Virus record (IMG/VR): IMGVR_UViG_3300032257_000571 | Span: 1-29,479 of that record | DNA from: a virus | Lineage: Duplodnaviria > Caudoviricetes | DNA: 29,479 nucleotides | Strand: one strand, 5' to 3' | Shown: positions 25,511 to 29,479 of the stretch, piece by piece | How positions within the stretch are numbered: position 1 is the first letter of the stretch | How the letters are laid out: every line of letters starts with the position of its first letter | Position numbers and translations under genes: made by a program | The notes under the pieces: model-generated | What the model was told of the DNA's origin: nothing | What the model saw: the letters and a program-made list of their open reading frames with translations, nothing else | Databases searched by the model: none

Positions 25511-28500
25511 ATGGCCACCCTCGTTCTCGGTGCCGCTGGCGCTGCCATTGGCGGCAGCATTGGTGGCGCTATCCTCGGCGTCAGCGCCGCCACCATCGGT
25601 GGCTTCATTGGCTCCACCATTGGCTCGGTCGTCGACAGCTGGATCATCTCGTCACTGGCACCCACCCAGCGGATCGAAGGCGCGCGGCTGGACAATCTGC
25701 GCATCACCTCGGCCACCGAAGGGGCGGTAATCCCGCGCCTCTATGGCCGGATGCGCATGGGTGGCAATATCGTCTGGGCGACGGATTTCCGCGAGGAGAC
25801 GAAGACCACCACGCAGGGTGGTGGCAAGGGCGGCGGGGGTGGCGGCAAGGTCAAAACAACCGAATACTTCTACTATGCGAGCTTCGCGGTCGCGCTCTGC
25901 GAGGGGCCGATCACCGGCATCGGCCGCATCTGGGCCGACGGCAAGCTGCTGGACACCGCCGGGATCACATGGCGCTGGTATCCAGGCGACGAAAGCCAGG
26001 CGGCCGATCCGTTCATTTCCGCGAAGATGGGAGCGGCCAACACGCCTGCCTATCGGGGCACCGCCTATGTGGTTTTCGAGGACCTGCCGCTTGGGAACTA
26101 CGGCAACCGCATCCCACAGCTGAGTTTCGAGGTGTTCCGCCCGCTGGCCGATCCGGACACGGCAGAGGGTCTCACGCAGGCGGTCACCATGATCCCGGCA
26201 TCCGGCGAGTTCGCCTATGCCACGCAGGGCATCCGGAAGGGCAGCGGCGGGTCGTCCGAGCCCGAAAACCTCAACGCACTGACCGACACCGCCGACATGG
26301 TGGTGGCACTGGAGCGACTGCAGGCCATGGCCCCGAAAGTCGAGAGCGTGTCGCTGGTCGTTGCCTGGTTCGGCGACGATCTGCGCGCGGGCTCCTGCAA
26401 GGTGCGGCCCGGCGTCGAGGTGTCGGCCAAATCGACCACGCCGTCGGCTTGGTCCGTGAATGGCGTCAGCCGCGCCAATGCCTTTCTGGTCAGCCGCGAC
26501 GATCAGGATCGCCCTGTTTATGGCGGCACGCCCGCCGATTTTGCCGTGATACAGGCGATCCAGGAAATGAAGGCGCGCGGGCTGCGCGTTACCTTCTATC
26601 CCTTCATTTTGATGGATGTCCCGCCCGGCAACAGCCTGCCGAACCCGTATTCCGACAACGCCGCTGAGACGGGGCAGCCCGCGTTTCCCTGGCGCGGCCG
26701 GATCACCTGTTCTCCGGCTGCTGGTTACGCTGGGACGGTGGACAAGACCGCCACGGCCGCCACGCAAGTCACGGCGCTGTTCGGTTCGGCCACGCCCGCG
26801 AGCTTCAGCGTCTCGGGCAACAGCGTCAGTTGGACCGGATCGCCCAGCGACTGGGGTTTGCGCCGCATGGTGTTGCACTATGCCCATCTCTGCGCGGCAG
26901 CGGGCGGGGTCGATGCCTTTCTGATCGGCACCGAGATGCCGGGCCTGACGACCATCCGCTCGGGCGCAACCACCTATCCGGCGGTGCAGGCCTATCGGGA
27001 TCTGCTCGCCGATGTCCGCTCCATAATCGGATCCGGGACTCAGATCGGCTATGCGGCGGACTGGTCGGAGTATTTCGGGCATCAGCCGGGCGACGGCAGC
27101 GGCGACGTGTTCTTCCACCTCGACCCGCTCTGGGCCGATCCGGACATCGATTTCGTCGGCATCGACAACTACATGCCGCTGTCGGACTGGCGCGACGGGT
27201 TCGAGCATGCCGACGCGGCCGAGGGCTGGCCTGCGATCTATGACCGAGCCTACCTGCAAGGGAACATTGCGCGCGGGGAAGGCTTCGACTGGTTCTATGG
27301 CTCCGAGGCTGATCGCACCGCTCAGGTCCGCACCGCGATTACCGATGGCGCAGCGGCAAAGCCATGGGTCTTCCGCTACAAGGACCTCCGCGCCTGGTGG
27401 TCGAACCCGCATTACAACCGCCCGAGCGGAGTGGAGAGCGGAACTCCGACGGCATGGGTGCCACAATCCAAGCCAATCTGGTTCACCGAGCTCGGCTGTC
27501 CCGCCATTGATCGCGGCACCAACCAGCCGAATGTATTCTTCGACCCGAAATCGTCAGAGAGCTTCACGCCGCATTTCTCGCGGGGCTGGCGCGACGACGC
27601 CATCCAGCGCGCCTATCTCGAGGCGACATATCTCTGGTGGGGTGATACTGGGAACAATCCCGTCTCCGGCGTCTATGGCGGACGCATGGTGCATGTGCCC
27701 GAATGCGCCGCCTGGACCTGGGATGCCCGGCCGTATCCGTTCTTTCCGGCTCTGTCCGACGTGTGGACAGACGGTTCGAACTGGCGGCTCGGTCACTGGC
27801 TGACCGGACGGCTCGGTGCGGTGTCGTTGGCCGCGCTGGTCCGGCATCTCTGCGTGCGTGCGGGAATGCCCGAGGCTCGGATTGACGTCACCGGCCTCTG
27901 GGGCGCGGTCGAAGGCTACGCCATTGGCGCACTGGAAAGCCCGCGCGCCTCGATCACCACGCTGTCGCGGCATTTCGGGTTCGACGCGGTGGAGACCGAG
28001 GGCATGATCCGTTTCGTGATGCGCGGCCGGGCGTCCATCACCGGCATCGCACATGACGATCTGGTGGCGACCCGCGAGGGCGACCTATTGGAACTGACCC
28101 GCGCGCAGGAGACCGAACTGCCACAGGCGCTCAAATGGCAGGTCGCCCGCGCCGATGAGGATTATGACGCCGCCCTCGTCGAGGCGCGGCGCATCACCGT
28201 CGACACCACGCGCATCGCCTCAGAAAGCTTCCCCATGGCGGTCCCGCCAGAGGAGGCCGAGCGCCGCTGCCGCCGCGCGCTGATGGAAGCATGGACCGGG
28301 CGGGAGACGGCAGCGTTTCGCTTGCCGCCCTCACGGCTGGCGCTGGATCCGGCGGACGTCGTCACTCTGATCCATGACGGACGGCACATCCCGCTGCGGC
28401 TTGTCTCAATCGCAGATGCGGAGGCACGTGGGATCGAAGCTGTCCGTCAAGACCGCGCGGCCCACGATCTGCCACCCGGAGCACCACGCCCATCGTCCCT

Positions 28501-29479
28501 GTCAAAAGCCGTGGTGTTCGGCGCACCCGAGTTGGTGCTGCTGGATCTGCCGCAATTGACTGAGGATCAGCCTGCCCATCGCCCGTTCGCCGTGGCTCAT
28601 GCCGTTCCCTGGCCAGGTGAAATGGCGGTGTTTCGCAGCCCATCGACGGATGGATTTGAACTGCTGACCACCTTTGGCGGCCGTGCCCGGATCGGGACGC
28701 TGGTCTCGGAATTCTATTCTGGTCCGACATCGCGGTTTGATCTCAGCAATGCGCTGGTGATCGATCTGCCTTCCGGCACGCTGGAAAGTGTCACCGATCT
28801 GACACTGTTCGGCGGGGCCAATGCGCTGGCCATCGAGAGTTCGCCCGGCACATGGGAGATCATGCAGGCGGGCGTGGCAGAACTGATCGCGCCGGGCCGC
28901 TACAGCCTGACGCGCCTGCTTCGCGGCCAGCGCGGCACCGAGGGCGCGATGGGCAATCCGGCTCCGATTGGCGCGCGGGTCGTGGTGCTGGATGAGGCTC
29001 TGGCATCACTACCAATCGCCGAGGCCGATCTCGGGCTTCCCTGGAACTGGCGCGTCGGTCCCGCAAGCCGGTCTGTCAGCGACGAGACCTATGTCGCCGC
29101 CTCCTTCACACCGGTTGGCGTGGGTCTGCGGCCGTTCTCTGTCGCCCATGTCCAGCAGCCGTGGCGTCGCCCCCGCACGCCTGGTGATCTGACCATCCGC
29201 TGGACGCGCCGGTCCCGAGCGCTTTCTGCCGACAGCTGGGGCGCAGTTGAGGTGCCTCTAACCGAGGAACTGGAAGCCTACGAGGTCGAGTTCCTCGATG
29301 GCAGCACGGTGAAGCGGGTGCTGAGTGCGCCCACAACAAGCGCGATCTACACGGCCGCCCAGCAAACCACCGATTGGGGCGCGCCGTTCGGGCCCGGCGA
29401 CACGCTGACAATCCGTATCTACCAGCTTTCCGCCCTGATCGGGCGGGGTGCGGCCAAAACCGTCACGCTCCAACTCTGA
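25511..29479 (+). CDS. Baseplate multidomain 'megatron'/host-specificity protein (RcGTA g15-like)
   Basis: 1322 aa; PAYRGTAY, YAADWSEY, GIDNYMPLSDWR, WFTELGCP, WTWDARPYP, LLRGQRGTE. Confidence 0.93.
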   Translation: MATLVLGAAGAAIGGSIGGAILGVSAATIGGFIGSTIGSVVDSWIISSLAPTQRIEGARLDNLRITSATEGAVIPRLYGRMRMGGNIVWATDFREETKTTTQGGGKGGGGGGKVKTTEYFYYASFAVALCEGPITGIGRIWADGKLLDTAGITWRWYPGDESQAADPFISAKMGAANTPAYRGTAYVVFEDLPLGNYGNRIPQLSFEVFRPLADPDTAEGLTQAVTMIPASGEFAYATQGIRKGSGGSSEPENLNALTDTADMVVALERLQAMAPKVESVSLVVAWFGDDLRAGSCKVRPGVEVSAKSTTPSAWSVNGVSRANAFLVSRDDQDRPVYGGTPADFAVIQAIQEMKARGLRVTFYPFILMDVPPGNSLPNPYSDNAAETGQPAFPWRGRITCSPAAGYAGTVDKTATAATQVTALFGSATPASFSVSGNSVSWTGSPSDWGLRRMVLHYAHLCAAAGGVDAFLIGTEMPGLTTIRSGATTYPAVQAYRDLLADVRSIIGSGTQIGYAADWSEYFGHQPGDGSGDVFFHLDPLWADPDIDFVGIDNYMPLSDWRDGFEHADAAEGWPAIYDRAYLQGNIARGEGFDWFYGSEADRTAQVRTAITDGAAAKPWVFRYKDLRAWWSNPHYNRPSGVESGTPTAWVPQSKPIWFTELGCPAIDRGTNQPNVFFDPKSSESFTPHFSRGWRDDAIQRAYLEATYLWWGDTGNNPVSGVYGGRMVHVPECAAWTWDARPYPFFPALSDVWTDGSNWRLGHWLTGRLGAVSLAALVRHLCVRAGMPEARIDVTGLWGAVEGYAIGALESPRASITTLSRHFGFDAVETEGMIRFVMRGRASITGIAHDDLVATREGDLLELTRAQETELPQALKWQVARADEDYDAALVEARRITVDTTRIASESFPMAVPPEEAERRCRRALMEAWTGRETAAFRLPPSRLALDPADVVTLIHDGRHIPLRLVSIADAEARGIEAVRQDRAAHDLPPGAPRPSSLSKAVVFGAPELVLLDLPQLTEDQPAHRPFAVAHAVPWPGEMAVFRSPSTDGFELLTTFGGRARIGTLVSEFYSGPTSRFDLSNALVIDLPSGTLESVTDLTLFGGANALAIESSPGTWEIMQAGVAELIAPGRYSLTRLLRGQRGTEGAMGNPAPIGARVVVLDEALASLPIAEADLGLPWNWRVGPASRSVSDETYVAASFTPVGVGLRPFSVAHVQQPWRRPRTPGDLTIRWTRRSRALSADSWGAVEVPLTEELEAYEVEFLDGSTVKRVLSAPTTSAIYTAAQQTTDWGAPFGPGDTLTIRIYQLSALIGRGAAKTVTLQL

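Larger units (their letters stand above)
4915..29479 (+). mobile_element. Defective siphovirus-like prophage late region (continues beyond window)
   Basis: Contiguous cos, terminase, portal, protease, capsid and tail genes; two apparent deletions; no integrase, replication or lysis genes in the window. Confidence 0.92.

Noticed and set aside
25456-27466. Long alternative ORFs inside the megatron (403 aa plus strand, 604 aa minus strand) as further dual coding
   Set aside because: They are the +2 and antisense frames that stay open in GC3-rich genes; Arg/His/Pro-rich with no motifs, unlike the MTase +1 frame
10040-29479. A bona fide gene transfer agent cluster
   Set aside because: Lambda-family head, cos site, MTases, morons and long TMP point to a prophage

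Overview
Defective (cryptic) alphaproteobacterial, Rhodobacteraceae-type prophage plus flanking defence-like cargo. Left (1-~4880, minus strand, lower GC): a 5'-truncated UvrD-like helicase followed by two translationally coupled DUF262 (GmrSD-like) genes. An apparent deletion at ~4880-4914 joins it to the 3' stub of a phage RuvC-like gene, so the early/replication region is missing. Then follow a probable late regulator, a lambda-like cos region (cosQ GGGTCCT, IHF-like sites, repeats), a ParB-fused amino-methyltransferase, a C5-cytosine methyltransferase, an antisense DUF3489 cassette, a lambda-like head module (terS, terL, gpW, portal, Clp protease/scaffold, decoration protein, capsid) and a tail module ending in RcGTA g12-g15-like genes. 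A second deletion (~21060) truncates the tail tube and removes most of the chaperone region. Best leads: (1) the C5-MTase locus appears to be dual-coded, with a fully overlapping +1-frame ORF carrying WPTP repeats and the motif IX missing from the main frame; (2) two antisense morons with unrelated N-termini share a C-terminal GEPxYLSDGV motif; (3) the helicase-DUF262-DUF262 operon; (4) an antisense PD-(D/E)xK nuclease moron, probably leaderless, inside the head operon. All family assignments are from motif recognition and synteny, not database searches.
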